In this document: positions 1 through 15,000 of the stretch, piece after piece
Position numbering within the stretch: position 1 is the first letter of the stretch
How the letters are laid out: each line of letters starts with the position of its first letter
Assembly: GCA_030141605.1 (NCBI GenBank)
Contig: JAQGDQ010000006.1
Location: 744,001-808,000 of the forward strand
Length of the DNA stretch: 64,000 nucleotides
DNA from: Tubiluchus corallicola
Taxonomy: Eukaryota > Animalia > Priapulida
Reading direction: 5' to 3'
The notes under the pieces: generated by a model
Database searches by the model: none
Told to the model about the DNA's origin: nothing
What the model saw: the letters and a program-made list of their open reading frames with translations, nothing else
Program-made: the position numbers and the translations under genes

Positions 1-3000
1 TTTACTCTGGCAACCATTCTGAGGAGCAGCAACAATGGGGAGAGAGTGTGGCGTATTATGAAATGGCTCTGGAGAAGTTAAATGAGGCCATAAAACTGGC
101 TAAGGGGAAGGGAGATGACATTCAAGAAGCTTTGAGATTCACAATGGATGTTGTTGGTGGAAAGTGAGTATATTTGTTGTTGAAGTTGTAGATATTTGCA
201 AATTTATAGAAGAAGATATAAAATCTTTTGCTAGAGATGCAAAAAAAAACAAGTTATAATATCAACGCTTTTATTTATCAGACTTGTAAATTCTTGTAAA
301 TTTTTAATTTTACATGCACTCAGTATTTAGTGTGCAGACCTTGCACTTCTTGCACAACCTGCCATCGTGGAAGCTATGAGTCATTTGTACGAGTATTACT
401 CTTAGTTAAATTGGCTGTGATCACCACTACCCTTAAGAGAAACTCTTGAAACTTGCAAGACGTACTAGAGGACTGATTATTACCAATAAAAATCACAAAA
501 ATTCGTGCAAGGTCAGTTGTTTCATTTCTCTTATAGAAAAATGTTGAAAATTTGTTGCTGTATGTTTACGCAAAATATCTAGTCACATAGTGCTTGAGCT
601 GCAGTTGGTGCTGACCTTGTTTCCCCTGTGAAAAGCAGTAGGAACTTCAAACGCAAACCGCTGGGCAAGTGAGTAAATTTTACCTTCCAGAAACAATGAG
701 ATTAACTGCAATGGACAAGCGGGTGACAGATTCAACGCAAAACAGCTACGCTAACATATTGGCAGATGATAATCGTATTGTCCTTGCTTACGTATATATT
801 TCAGTGCATAAAATTAGCGTAAAGATCATATAAAAGCGGTATAAGCTCTTTGGGCACACACAAGCATCTTATTTTAAGTACATGAAGGAAAAATATTGAC
901 TCAGTTATGCAGAGTTACTTGAGTCAAGTACCGACAGTTTTTATTTACATTTGAACAGGAGCGGCCCGTACTAGATTATTTTTGAGTCAGTTAGGCAACT
1001 GATTCTATTAACCGTGAGTCTGATAAACGGCGCCTATTGTACATTAAAAAAACTGCAAATTTTCACAAGCTTAACCTTTTGTATTAACTAGCTGGACTCA
1101 TATACGTTAGAATTGTTCAAAAAATTAGTTCTAAATAAAATTTTTAGTAATTTATGTAAATTGTGTCAGTGGCAAAGAAGTTACTTTGATGTCAGAGACA
1201 CAGCTAATTCCAGAATCACTGTTAGCTCAAAAATAACATTGTGTGAAAACCTAGTGGACTAATTGTTCCTGTAATACAATCTCTTTAAAGAAAGTATCTT
1301 ATTCAGCAATTTAATCCAGTATTTATAAATATACGTTCAGTGGATATGATATCATAGAGCATCCTTCTGAAATTAGATAATTTTTTTCCTGAATATGTGG
1401 TGTTCTTATATTTTAGGTACAACTCTGCTAAAAAGGATAATGATTTTGTTTATCACGAAAAAGTGCCGCCATTTGAGTCACTTCCTGAAGTTAAAGGTAT
1501 TTAAGTAATGCTACTACTAAATATAAATTTTTGTGCTGTCTTGTTCTAATATAGTTTTAAAAGAAACTTCAAAACAAACAAACAAACTTTAAAAGAAGCA
1601 TTAATTTGTGCTACTGTTCATTACTACTAATTTATTTGGAATTGTTACCTATTAAAAAACCATTTTTGTCTTTTTTTTTAAATTAATAGTTCTGATTGCA
1701 ATTTTTAACACAGTACTAAAAATTTGTCATTGCCTATATACTGCTTTGTAGTACGCAATATTTATTTCACCTTATATTATTTTACTGTAAATAAATGTGT
1801 GCATTTTTGCAACTTCCAATAATCTGTAATATTTGTTGCAGTTTCATACAGTACACAGCTTCTTGTACTTGACTTAAACGAAATGTCTAGCTCATTTATT
1901 GCTTGATTTGCATTTAATAGAAAAAATTATAATTTTATTTTCTTGTTCTTCAGGTGCCTCATTGGTGAAAGGTATCCCATTTAATCCTACTGACAAAGAC
2001 ATTTCAGGTGAAGACATATTTGCTCGTTTAATTCCCATGGAAACGCATGAGGCCAGTTCTTTGTATAGGTATGAACTTGCAAAGCTAATTTTCGTTTTTT
2101 AGCTTTTAGAAAATCTTCAACATTTTTTGTGTAGGTAATGTAGGAAGAAATGTGAGTTCTTAATTTTTTGTTATGTTATGCTTGACAAAGCACCTTCACT
2201 GTGAATAATAGGAATTTTGGAATGCCTTTGTATATAAGAGTGATCTCTAAGCTTTAAGCCAGTATTTGCATAAATCTTAGATTTTGAATACCATGTTTTT
2301 TGTGACCGTGTTTATTTCGGACTTTTCTGAGATTTTTCAGTGAGCCAAAAACTTGCAGTAGCAATGAGGTCTACTACTAATATGCACCATCAGGAAGTGT
2401 ATATATCTAAGTGTATAAAAAAACTGCACCATTAATCCAAAAACTGAGAAGTAGCATCATATTTCAGTTAATAACATTTTCGGCACAATGACCGACTGTG
2501 ATTTTATTTACTGAGATTAACTCTATACAGCCACAATCTGCATGATTTTTAGTCCTATAAAATATATGCGTTTTTTTTTTAAGATGTGTTAGAGCAGTAA
2601 TGCTTTTATCAAATCATTGTGAATTCATAATTAATGTCAATCTTTTCACTACATTACCTTAATTGTTTTAGTGAAGAAAAAGCTAAAATGCTGCGTGATG
2701 TAATTGATGCCATTGAAGATAAAAATAATGCCTTGGTGTGAGTATTGATTAATGTTACTGCATTTGGAAATGTTTTAAGCACATCTTTTCAGCAATTTCT
2801 GATTTTTGCACTAGCAGTTTTGTTCTTAATAAACTATTTTGGTAAATATTGCTGATAACACATAATGTGAAATGCAAACAGAATCAACTAATATCAAGAT
2901 TAGCCGTTAAATTACTTGCCAAAAACGGAACTGTTTTAAGAAATAATTTTTGTTGAGGTCCTGAAATGCTACGCTTTATTTTTCTATGCTCTTTAGTTTT

Positions 3001-6000
3001 TATATGTTTTTTTACAATAACTGAGTCGTAATGAGATAAAGCTGATTTACCAATAAGGTTGCTACAGCCTTTGTGATAAATGATTTAATCAAAAATGTAG
3101 GTACATAAGTAAAATTTTGTTTTTCTAACATTTCCTTATTATTTTTTGTATAGATTTCTCATATTACATGTTACTCCTTATTAATAACCTAGAGATTGAT
3201 TAAATAGAGTTTATTGTGTGTTATTTGCTCTGCAGCAAATAAACAAAATATTTTGTTCTGCAGGCAGTTCACATCTTCTCTACAAATTGATCAATTAAAA
3301 CTCGATCAGCAGCCTGATCTACTACCCCAGTCATTGCTAGAAACATGTGCCGCTGTCAGTGTAAGACCAAATATTGTGTCTGACTTGGTAGCTAAAATGC
3401 AGGGTTAGTATGATGCTCGTGAAGCTATCTAGAAACCAATCTCTCAAGTCACTATGTTTTCTTTGCCTTTTGTTTACCAAACAGAAGTACTAACAAGACT
3501 GAAAAATTAAATGTGTATTATTTCATCATCATTAATTAATTTTTTTGCTAATGATCCCGTGTATGGGTAAATGTGTAAATTAACAAACATGTACTGTTAT
3601 TTAGTTTATTATTAGTGTTTATCATTCTGGACACAAATCAAAATGTCTCTTGTTATATAAACTTGCTTCATATTATCTAATTTACACTTGCTGCTTAATG
3701 ATTAATTATTTGTTTAGAATTGTCTGGCATAAGTTTAGATGTCGAAGATGGTCTTCATGAAGTTGCAAACTTAATTCGGCAAGAGGAAGAAAGTGAGGTG
3801 AAATTTCAGGTAAAAGATATTTGTGCAAAGCTTTTACATATGTCTAATATGTATTGTAGAACTTAACTGTTTATATTAAAAATCAATATCTTTTTGACAC
3901 TTTAAACATAAGTGGATACTATGGACATTGTATTATGTGCTCAGCTACAAAAAACCCACTGGATTGTGTGTCTTATGGAGAACTCTTAAGGCACCACCAA
4001 CTCTTTTTTCACTAGTTTTTGTGTTGGCCTGGATATGGTTAGTTTTAAGATTTACATCAGGATTATAATGTGCCTAGAAGAACTTATTGAGTGTGTGAGG
4101 ACCCAGCAAGCCCTTATTAGATTTAAAAAATTGCTTAATTTTTTGTTTAATTCTATCATATTTACTGTTTCGCTTTCTAAACAATCTTTTAGCTTTGCCC
4201 CATTTAAATGCGAAATTGAGCCACTCATGCTTACATTTGTAAAAGCAATTCTTTATTGCACTGTCCAGAGAACATGATGCCTGTGTAGCACTGCTACTGT
4301 TATATCACTTTATACACTAATAATTGTGTATTCAAGAAGGTGACTTGCGATATACTGCTTTAATTGCAATTTTACCTGAAACATAACCTTACTAATAAAT
4401 TGCAGGAAGAGTTTGGTAAACAAGTTCCATCTGTTATCATCACCGAAATTGCGAAGGAGTGTGGACGGTTGCAGGAAGCCCATTCTAAAGCAGAGACATC
4501 AAACAATGAACTACATAAAGCCATGCAAGTTCATGTGGAAAATTTGAAAATGTTAACAAGAAATCCAGAGGAAATTAAGAAAGCTTTGCCTTCAGCTGAC
4601 TTAACTGAATGTAAGATATAGTGTAGGTTTTATGCCAAATTAACACACTGACTGCTATTGCAGTCAGTGTGTTAAAACTTAGTGACTTAGTGGCTGTATT
4701 ATATAACAAATACTGTGTGTAAGCAGGCAATTCTATATACCTTTAATATTCTTATTAGCAGACTATGCTGTTTGTTAAGGCTCTTAAAAACAAATTGATT
4801 TTTAAATTATTAAAACATTGCAAACAGTACTGGCAACGCTCGTGGTTACAGTTTTACTGTGGAAACACATGATTACAGCATGATTACAGTAGCATCTTGT
4901 GCATAGAACAAAGCCTCATGATCACTTTACTGCTATTATGAAACAGTAGCCATGTGCTTTTATTTATGCACGAAATTAGATGGAAGTGAAAGTGTAATTG
5001 CGTGTATGTTGAAAAGTGTTGATATGTTGCTGTAAAATATTCGTATTTTACATACCAGCATGTAGTGCCTTCTACACCATGATAGTTGAAATGCATTTTC
5101 AGCACAGTTTAGCATGAGAAATAACAATTGTAAAAATAATTTGTATGTATGAACTATTGCAAAACTGAATGTATTCATTCTTATCATATTTGTCGGTTTT
5201 CATTAGCTGATGAACAAGCACAGAGCGAATTACGGCGATTGCTAGACAAGATAGAAGAAATGAAAACACAACGAGAACAGCTGGAGAAAGAATTTCGAGA
5301 GCAAGTGCAAAATGATGATGTAACAAAAGCTTTAGTGACACTAAAAGATTCAGACAACATAGAGGTTTGTATGTTTGAAATAGTGCATTAAATGAAACTC
5401 TGCATTCATTCTTTGCATTTAGTTTGCAGTAAATGATTTGCTTCATGCTGCGGTTTAAGTTAAAGTATTCACAGTAACACATTTCCTTGCGAAATGTTTG
5501 GTAGCAAGAATCAACGATTCAGTACGTATTTTTGTGAAGTTTTACAATTTTAGGAAAAATATTGCAGGAATTTTTTCGCCAAGAACTTGCAAAGTATGAC
5601 AAAATTAAAACATTCATCGGCCAAAATTTGTCAGCACAGGAGAAGATATTGAAAGCTGTCACTGATGCTAATGCACGTTATGCAGACACTCGTAAAACCT
5701 TGGTAAAAGCCAGTCAGATGTAAGTATAATACTACGTAATCCAGGATCCGAATTAATTTTGAAATATAAACGAAATACGTACATGTCCTGGATCCTTTTC
5801 CTATTCTAACATAGCATTCCCCGACCAAGGACTTTTTATGGCATGCAGGGACCCCAAATGTGTGTTTTTAATGGCCCATAAGCAAAATAAGTCCACATAT
5901 CTATGTGTAGTGTAAACAGGGAAACAAGTGCACAAAGTCATTAAAGGCGTGAAAAAGATTAAGCATCGTGAATCTCTACAATAGCGTAAGCAGGGTCAAT

Positions 6001-9000
6001 GTTTTAGTTTAAATTTTTCGTTATTTTAGGAGAGAGATTGCCATTCAGTCATTGATGGATTCTTATGAGCTGTATGATGATTTACTACTCAAGTCGAAGG
6101 AAGGAATTGATTGTTATGACAAACTCAAAGAGAGCGTTACCAAACTTGTTCAGCGCATCAGCGGCGTCTGCAAAGCTCAACAAGCAGAACGGCAGCAAAT
6201 TATTGACAAGAAAAATAGTCAGAAGGGTTTGTCTTTATTTGAGACTTAACTGTAATTGCACTACTATTAAGTAACTTAGCATTTATTTGAGAAGTGCTTT
6301 TTTTAACTTTAATTATATTCATTTTCCATTACAATATTTTGCAGCTAAAATTTTGCACACCGGTTAATTTATTTAGCTAATTTGTCTACTCAAGTTGTAA
6401 CTCTGTCATTTAATTCTCTTTTTGTTTATATTCAGGTACAACGTGTTAATATCTGTGTTATGTGCATTTGACTATAGATATCATTGTGAGTAAAAAAGTG
6501 GGTTAAATTATTGTACGTAACTAAAAATAACATTTTCAAGTTTATGGTGGTGTGGTCCATGAAAACTCATTTTTTTGCTTTATAGCACCACCTCAGCGTC
6601 CAACAGCACCAAAGCCAACAATTGATATGCCACCCGCTGAAGTTAGACCTAAACTGAAGGACTATCTTCCATTTATGATACCAGGAGGTGGGGGAACTGC
6701 TGTTTATCCAAATATGCCAAGCAGTGGCTCCAAAGCTCCAGAAATGCCTAAAGTACCCCTAGTTCCTGACGATCTGCCTCCTGATTTGCAGAATTATCTG
6801 CAGAAGTTTCAAGCTAGCAGCCATGGAAATGATACTCAGTTGCCAACTACGTCTCAAACTCAAGATACCAATACTGCAATTCCTGCACGAAACATGCAGA
6901 CATTTACACCTGTTCCAGGTTCACTTGATCACCCAACTGACCCAAGTGCAAATGTGGGATTTGGAAGCATTGGTTATGTAAACGGCTCCCAAGCTAACAG
7001 CTTGTCGCATCAAACAAACATGTATTCAGCAATGCCAGTTCAGCCAGCACAAGGAATTTGTCAGTATAGTAAAATAGGTGCTGATGGAACAGCACAGGAT
7101 ATATCAGTTGCTGGATTAATGCATGGAACTTCTATAAATACTCAACAGCAGCATCTTTCGACTTTAGGTGCTGCGACACAGTTCCAACCGGGAGTTTCAA
7201 CAATTAATTCTCCAGTTACTGCTTCAGTTCCTTACAATGCAACACAAAATTCAAATCAGGGTTACTATCCATCGTCACAAAATTCAGGGCAGAATTATGG
7301 TAATCAAAAATATAATAATAGTCAATTGCCTTATCAGCTGAATTATTCGCAAATTTCAATTAACACAACATCTGTAAATCAGGCAGTATCTTCCGTGCAA
7401 GCATATAGCACACAACAATATTATCAGTATCCACAAGGGCAGATGCAACCTGCTATGGGGGTTACACAAACTCTCTCCTCGACAGGTTTGCCCTCGGCTC
7501 AACATGTTGCAACTTCACCTATTCCTCCTGCAAGTCAGCTTTATCAGCATTCACATGCACCACCACGAAGTAGTGCACATCAGTCATATATTACTCCAAC
7601 AGTTCATGGAGCATTTCATCCTCAAAGTGAGCATTACTCACCTGCAATGTCATCACAAGACTTGCCATCATCAGCTGGGATTGTAGTTAGCCATGTATCC
7701 AGCTTTCCACCTGTGACAACCTATGTCGCAAGTGTAACCACATCTGCTTATAATCCCAGTTCTTCTCAATACTGGAGTGCACCCAGTGTAATATCTACAA
7801 GCAGTGTATCAAATTCATTTCCTCCCTTACCTCCAGGTTCTACAAATATTGTTTCTTTGTACACTAACCCTAATGTTAATCAAACAACATCTTACTCTAC
7901 TGGATATCAGAGTGAGTTGCAATCTGGACCCTTTTCATCCAATACGCATTTTCGTGCGCCTTCTAGTGTCACACCTGGTGGTGTGCAACCCCAGAATTCT
8001 TTACAGCCGATATCAAGTAATCAGCAGCAGTGGAGTTCTTCTCAATATGGTCCAGCTGCTAGTAATGATCAAAATTTTCAGGCTACCAGTATACTGCCGA
8101 TTAACTCTAATACTGCTGTACCTAGTTATAGTTATAACCAGTTTTTACAGACTTCGTCTACAGTGACTGCAACTAGTGCTGTATCTGGTTACAGTTATAG
8201 CCAGTTCCATCAAACACCACTAGCAGGAAGTACTGTCTCTGCTCAGCAGGCATTGTTTTCAGTGGCTAGAACTATGCCTGGTTATGATGACGACCAGCTT
8301 CGCCAGGCATCCCAAACAAACATTACGATTGCTGGACAGTCTTTTTCTTCTGCTGTGACTACAGCTATGGCTAGTTATTACAATCAGTTTTCTCCGTTAT
8401 CCATGCCACGAAATTCTATTGCTAACCACCAGACTGTATCTACAACTAGCATGGTATCTGGGTATGGTTATAATCAGTTTGCACAGACATCAGTGCAAGG
8501 TAGTGCATTAGTTAATCAACAGGCGATATCTACAGGTAACTCAACTAGTGTAGTGTCTGGTTATGCTTACAATCAGTTATCGCAGAGATCACTCCCTGAA
8601 AGCACTATGCCCAACCGAGGTTACACTGATGCCGGTATGACACAGAATTATGTGACAGTCCATCAACAACAACAACAGTGGCAGCAACAATCTGTGCCCA
8701 ACAGTTATGAGAAAGACAAAGGTAATAAGATACTGTTTTTACGTACAAAAATACGTCATGTTAAATAAAATTTTTTATATGTTTATAAGAAATATGCAAC
8801 ACCATCCCTGATAACTTAAGACATTTGTAACTACAGCTAAGCAAAATTAAACTAGAAAACTGTGATTGTGGTGATGTGCTTGTATGTTTTACCTTTTTGT
8901 AACTTATGCTAACCTTTCTTGCAGATCTATGTTTTTGCATTCCAGCATCGGGTGGAGCGCCTCCATTAATCTCCGCTCCACAGTCTTCTCTTCCGCAGCC

Positions 9001-12000
9001 AATCCAACCAGTTCCTATTGTGAAAACACAACCGGTTCCTGAAGGTCTACAACCAAAAGACAATAATGCTAATACATGGATGCTTTCTGACTCTGGTTCA
9101 CTTCACTCTGTATTATCTTCTGCATCTATTGCAGCAAGTGATCTGTCTATGAAGGTATTTTTCTTCTTCATTCCTCAAGTGTTGTTTATATTCAAATATA
9201 TGTGCGTTTTCTTTATGCATTTAATATGATGCCAGTTCATATGGGTTTCCTGGCTGTAGTATTGTCTGAATAACCAGTATTTTGTTGTTTTTTCCGTACT
9301 AGAAGCAGAAACATTTTCATATCGTCGGATGGTGGAATGCTATTAAAACTTACTCTCATTATGCAGATGTAATTGACTACATCCAATTTTATATGCTTGT
9401 CTCTATTTTACAGGTAAACTTATCTCATACGCCGAGTTTGTCTTCACTTGCATCAGATCTTGGCGAATTAAATTTCGATGCTGACGTAACCCCGAATCAG
9501 CAGTCATCAAATCGTGAGTCTCCAAGCTTACCTGACTCAAAAGTCAAATCATCTGAAGATCAAGATGAAATGCAAAGTCAAAAGGAGAAAGCTATGCATG
9601 ATAGGTTAAAGCGACAGCAAAGCAAGGATCCATATATTGATCAGGGCACTTTGGATAGGTATACTTCGCTTGTGTGAAGTGTATAAAGAAATAATTGTCC
9701 TTAGCGGCATCTAAAAGTGCTTGTAAAAGAAATATTTGCCTTGATATAACAAGATTAACTTTCAAGCTCCATGCCAGTGTTGATGCTTACCTAGTAAAAT
9801 AATTGAAGTTACAGATTTGTCGCAGTCTTGAGAGTTGTAGTAGTTCTTTCTCTTTTCATTGTAGTAGTTTACCTGCTAATAACTGTCAGCTTTTCTTTTG
9901 CAATGTTTAAAATTGTTTCTAAACAGTAAGTTTAGTTTTCATTTTTGAGACATTAGATTTTTTGTTGAGATAATTTGATAATTTGAAATCAAAAGGAATG
10001 AAGGTGTAATTTTGGTCTTTTCAGATTTGTCGCAGAGGTTGAACGTTTTGAAAAGACTGTTGAAGGTTTATGTAAACAATCACTTAGTGGTCCAACACCC
10101 TTAGAACGAGAGTGGAAGGTAATTTATCAGAGGTAGACATACGGGGGGTTGGGAGTGTCACTTGTACACAACGTACCAACATGCCATAAAACCAATTTTT
10201 GGCCACCAAAACTTCTGAGAAAAGCATCATTTGGAGCTAGTCTTTAAAGATGGGAGGTAGAAAAACAATTACCTATGCACCAGTGGTGAATAATATCTGC
10301 ATCTTATTTTGTTTTGTCTATCCTTATTAAGTTAATGGTATTTCATAATACTACAAATTCTGCATTTTTCAAGGCAGTAATTTATCCAGATATATCTGAC
10401 TTTAAATTTAATCAAATTTTCTTCAATTTCTACACCTGACTACTTGGAAAATACAGTAAGCTCTGTGTAACTCGAACACCTTGGGACCAGTAAATTTATT
10501 TGAGTTATGCGAGCATACGAGTTAGACAATGTTGTAACAAAACAAGATTGAGTCGCTCATCAATATCTAACAATAATCTGCAGCCTGTGAAAAAGACAAA
10601 CTGAGCCTTTAATCAAATATCAAACGATAATTTTTTTCAATAATCAAAAATAAAATGACTGGTGCACTTCTATTACAATCTGAGAAGCATGGTTAATAGA
10701 ATTTGGCAATAATAATGTGGTATAGTTATTGTGCCTGGGTAATACAAGAAATCTTAGCATTTTTTGCTGAAACTCGCTTTGGAGGTTGTTCGAGATAGGC
10801 AGTATAATTTCAATTAGATTCTTGTAAGCTGTACAGAGAATTTTGTTTGAGTTACGCGATGATAAGTCGAGTTACAGATTTCGAGTTATGCAATGTTTAG
10901 TTAACAGGAAAATGAAAAGAAAAATCCGTTCCACGAGATCTGTTCGAGATACTCAAGAATTCGTGTTATAACGGTTGAGTTATATAGAATTTACTGTAGT
11001 AGCAAACAGAACGCCCTGTATCTGTTTGCTAGAAATTTTAAATGCAATGTTTATATGATGCACATGCATCACAAAACAAACATTGCAACTGATCAAGTTT
11101 TTGCAGGAGTTGTCAGATTTTCAAGACAAAGAATCGAGGAAGTTTTCAATTTCTGTTGGGCGATGTTATGCAATGAAGAACAGAGATCCTATTATAATGC
11201 CATGTAAGTTTGCTTTTTTTGAATTCGAGTTCAATAAAATTGTTTCATGACTTGATGCCATTTCGCTTTCAGTAATGGGTGCTCAATAAAAATATAGTTA
11301 ACCACATTGTTTGCAGTAACTAGTTTTGACAATTAATTGTCTGTTGTTTGTTAAGTTTGTGTCAGGATTTTCTTGAAACACTTCGATGGTATCTCAAGAA
11401 TCTTAGAAAGTTAGATCCTACTTATCCTACTTATAATGCTTCAGGTATGAGAACTTTTGCCTTTGTCTTGTGCATTGTAATATTGTACTTGCTTTTTATC
11501 CTTTTCCTCCATACCAACATCCTAACCTTTTTTGACACCTGCATTATGCAATTGCACTTTGAAAACTAAATTATTATAAAGTAATTAAGATGAACAGCTA
11601 TTGAATATATCTTTATGTTTCGACTACGTGTATTGCATTTTATTGTTTCTTCTAGACGATCATACAAGGGTTGTACTGAAGAGTCAGCAGGATGATTACA
11701 TCAATGCATCATACATAGATAGTGCATCACAGAATAGTCCGAAATTCATTGCTACACAGTCGCCATTGCCGTCTACATTTAGCGATTTCTGGACGATGGT
11801 TTATGAACAAGATATAACTGTAAGCATCTAAGCGCACTATGAAACAGTATACCTTAATACATTTTGAGCTAATGCTAGCGTAAGCCTCGATTTAATTCCA
11901 GGTTTATCCAGTAATTCTTAAAATAAGCTGTAATGACTTGTTTCATTTACATACTTTTACATTATTTTTTATTTGTCAGGTAATTGCGATGTTGTGTCGT

Positions 12001-15000
12001 GAAGCAGAAATTAAGAATCATGTGTATTGGCCTGTAGACCGTGGTCACAGTCTGAAATTTGGACAGTTATCACTAACTCTTCAAGAATGCAAAGTTCTGC
12101 AGTGGTGGACTGAAAGAATAATCAACATAACTAATACCGAGGTAACAATTGTTTTTTAAATAATAATTTTTATCTTTTGAATGAATATGATGCTATTGAT
12201 TTCCTGCAAATCTTTTGACTTTGCACCACCTGCTAACTGTTTCTATTAACGTCACTATATAATTAATATATAGCTGGATCTATTTTTGTTTATAAATACT
12301 GAAAGTCTTCTAGGCAATTGAAAATTTAGTACTTTCCATACCGAAACATGACTTCACAAATGTGTGATTTGGCAGAACTACTGTACCACATACTTATAAG
12401 AAAAGATGGCATTAACTAAAAAGGGATATAAATTGTAAAGTTATAAAGCATAAAATTGTATAATTAATAATCTGTGATTTTGTGTAATAGTATTGGCCTA
12501 TACATTTTATTGAATGGAAACTGCAGAATATAAAATGCTTTAACATTTTGAATCCCTTAAACCAAGCTCTGTAATCCAGGCTAATTTCTTTGCAGACGAG
12601 ACAAACCAAGTGCATTATTCATTTGCAGTTTACATCATGGCCAACAGCGTAAGTGCATCATTTCACCTTTCTCCTCATTACTGTCTAAAAGAAGGGCTTT
12701 TTTATTTACATAGCACAATACACAAGCTAGCACAATACCGTCTAAATGTGAACATCATACCTTTCTTGGGTCCCAGTTACTTTTGTACTGATTTTGTAAC
12801 TTATCATTTTAAAGCAATACATGATACATAACATTTTTAAAGTGGGTTTTTCTTGACTTCTCGTACCTTTCACAAAAACCGACTTTTATTGTGTTTTTGT
12901 AGTCCTGAGAGAAAAAATTCGTAAATATTACTTATTCGATTTGACTCGCGCTTGAAATGGTTGAAAATGCAATAAGTATACAATTCTTACTTGCTAAGTT
13001 AACTGCAAAAAATGATGGTTCGTTGTTATGCACTGTTAATAATTTAATATGCTGTCATTTGCTTGCAGGTCCGTGCCTTCAAGTCCGGCTATGTTGCTGC
13101 AGTTTATAGCCGAGATTCATAACTACTATCAACAACAGAGAAGCTTGTTGAAACCTGTACTTGTACATTGCACGTAAGTGAAGTCATTTCTGAAAAAGCA
13201 GAATCTTATCATAAGTAGATTGGACCTTGAAAATTTGTGGTTATATTATAGTACAATACAAAGCTTGGCCTGGGTAATTTTGAACTGCACCCTTAAATTC
13301 TAATCAGGTAATGAGTAACTTTGTACTCCCTTTACAAAGAATGTATACAATATTGTAGTATTTAAACCAATTTTAAATCATGTTTAATGAAATGATGGTT
13401 CGTTGCATTTTTCTAGTTCAGGTAAAATGACGGTATTTCTTTACTGTATAATTATTACAGCCATTTAACAACAAAGCCTTATTATAAGCTTGAGCTTGTC
13501 TTTATTTGTGTAACTTTCTTTCAACTTCTTCCTTGTTAACAAAGTTTGCAACATGTGAATTTTTTAGCAATTAATATGTTACATTTTGATATAACTTAGT
13601 CTCGATCATATAAATTATTAATTATCAATAAAATTATGACTTTCGTAATTCATAGTTGTTTTTCTGTTACTTATTGTTTATTTATAACAGGACTGGTGTG
13701 GGCAGAACCGGTGCTTTTATTCTAATATACAACATCATACGGGAAGTACGAGCTGGCAGTGGCATTGCTGACATTCCAATGGTTGTGAAAAACCTTCGGT
13801 TAAATAGAAAATTTATGCTGGAAGAGAAAGAGCAATTGAAATTCAGCTATGAAGCTGTGTTATATTATGCTCAGGATTTGCTAATGAAAAGTAACTATTT
13901 TTACATTACTAGAAAATAACCAAGTGAGTTATTTTACGCTCTGCTGTGGAGCATTTAAATATAACATTATTAATTCGTCTTCAAAAGTACAAATAATTGA
14001 ATTTCTTTTATTTATTGGCTTCATATAGGCATTTATAGCAATTTATTTCTTAATTATTAATTAAATTTTGTCTGGAAAAAAGGGAAAGCTCAAGAAAAAT
14101 TGTACACAATATATTGCAACACAGTTGCAGTAGGGAGGTGTAATGACATAGGGCACTCACTGTTACCGCTGTTTGATTATACAGTAACATTAACTGATAG
14201 TTGGACATGTTAAGTCCGGTAGATACTCGTTGTGAAACACTCTTTAGTAACAATGTAGATTGCATCGGACCAAAGTTGTGCCTAGAAACAAACCAGTCCA
14301 AAGCCTGTTTTTACCAGTGTTGATCTTAGTTTTAGTTTTATGCACACTGTTGTTGATATTGGTCTTCATCTTGCGGCATGGTCTTGAGATTTAGTCTATT
14401 TACCCAAAGTGTACATTATTCACCATTGTAGTAGTACAAACAATTGAATAAAGAATTTATTCCCTTGAAAGGTGTAGATATGGTCATAGTCTTCACTTTA
14501 GTCTTGTACTCGTACACCTGTTTTAGAGCCTTGTTACTACTTTTCATTTTTGCACCTTTTGCTGTATTTCATTTTATAAAGTCTAATACCACACACAGCT
14601 CGCTAGAGCCAAATAATTTCAAAACGTAAGATTTATAAAAACCCTTTTAAACAAAATGAACTAACAAAACTGATTTCTTTGTCTTTCTTGGATGGGTTAC
14701 ATTATGTTACTCATTTACTTTGTAAAGACTGTTTTCAAGATTCACAAAGCGGAAATGTGTTAATTATTGATTATTGAGTACGAAACTTGTTATTACAGAG
14801 GGTATACTGACGAACAAGTCAACTTTTGATACAAAGCATCATACTTCGATGAGACACCCAAGTGAAGATTTTATTGCTGGTAAGCCTCATTAGCTTGTAC
14901 ATTTTTATCACGTCTACTATTTTTGCTGTGTGCTTTGCTAGTAAACATTAGTGAAAACTCAGCGGTTAGGGTAAACATCCATTCTCCTCAATTTGAGCAA

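Noticed and set aside
2069-2671. U12-like branch sequence TTACCTTAAT close to a PTPN23 acceptor
   Set aside because: The donor is GTATGAAC, not GTATCCTT, so the intron is treated as U2-type.
9812-9825. 14-nt copy (CAGATTTGTCGCAG) of the exon start at 10022-10035
   Set aside because: No pyrimidine tract and no continuing homology; too short to call a duplicated exon.
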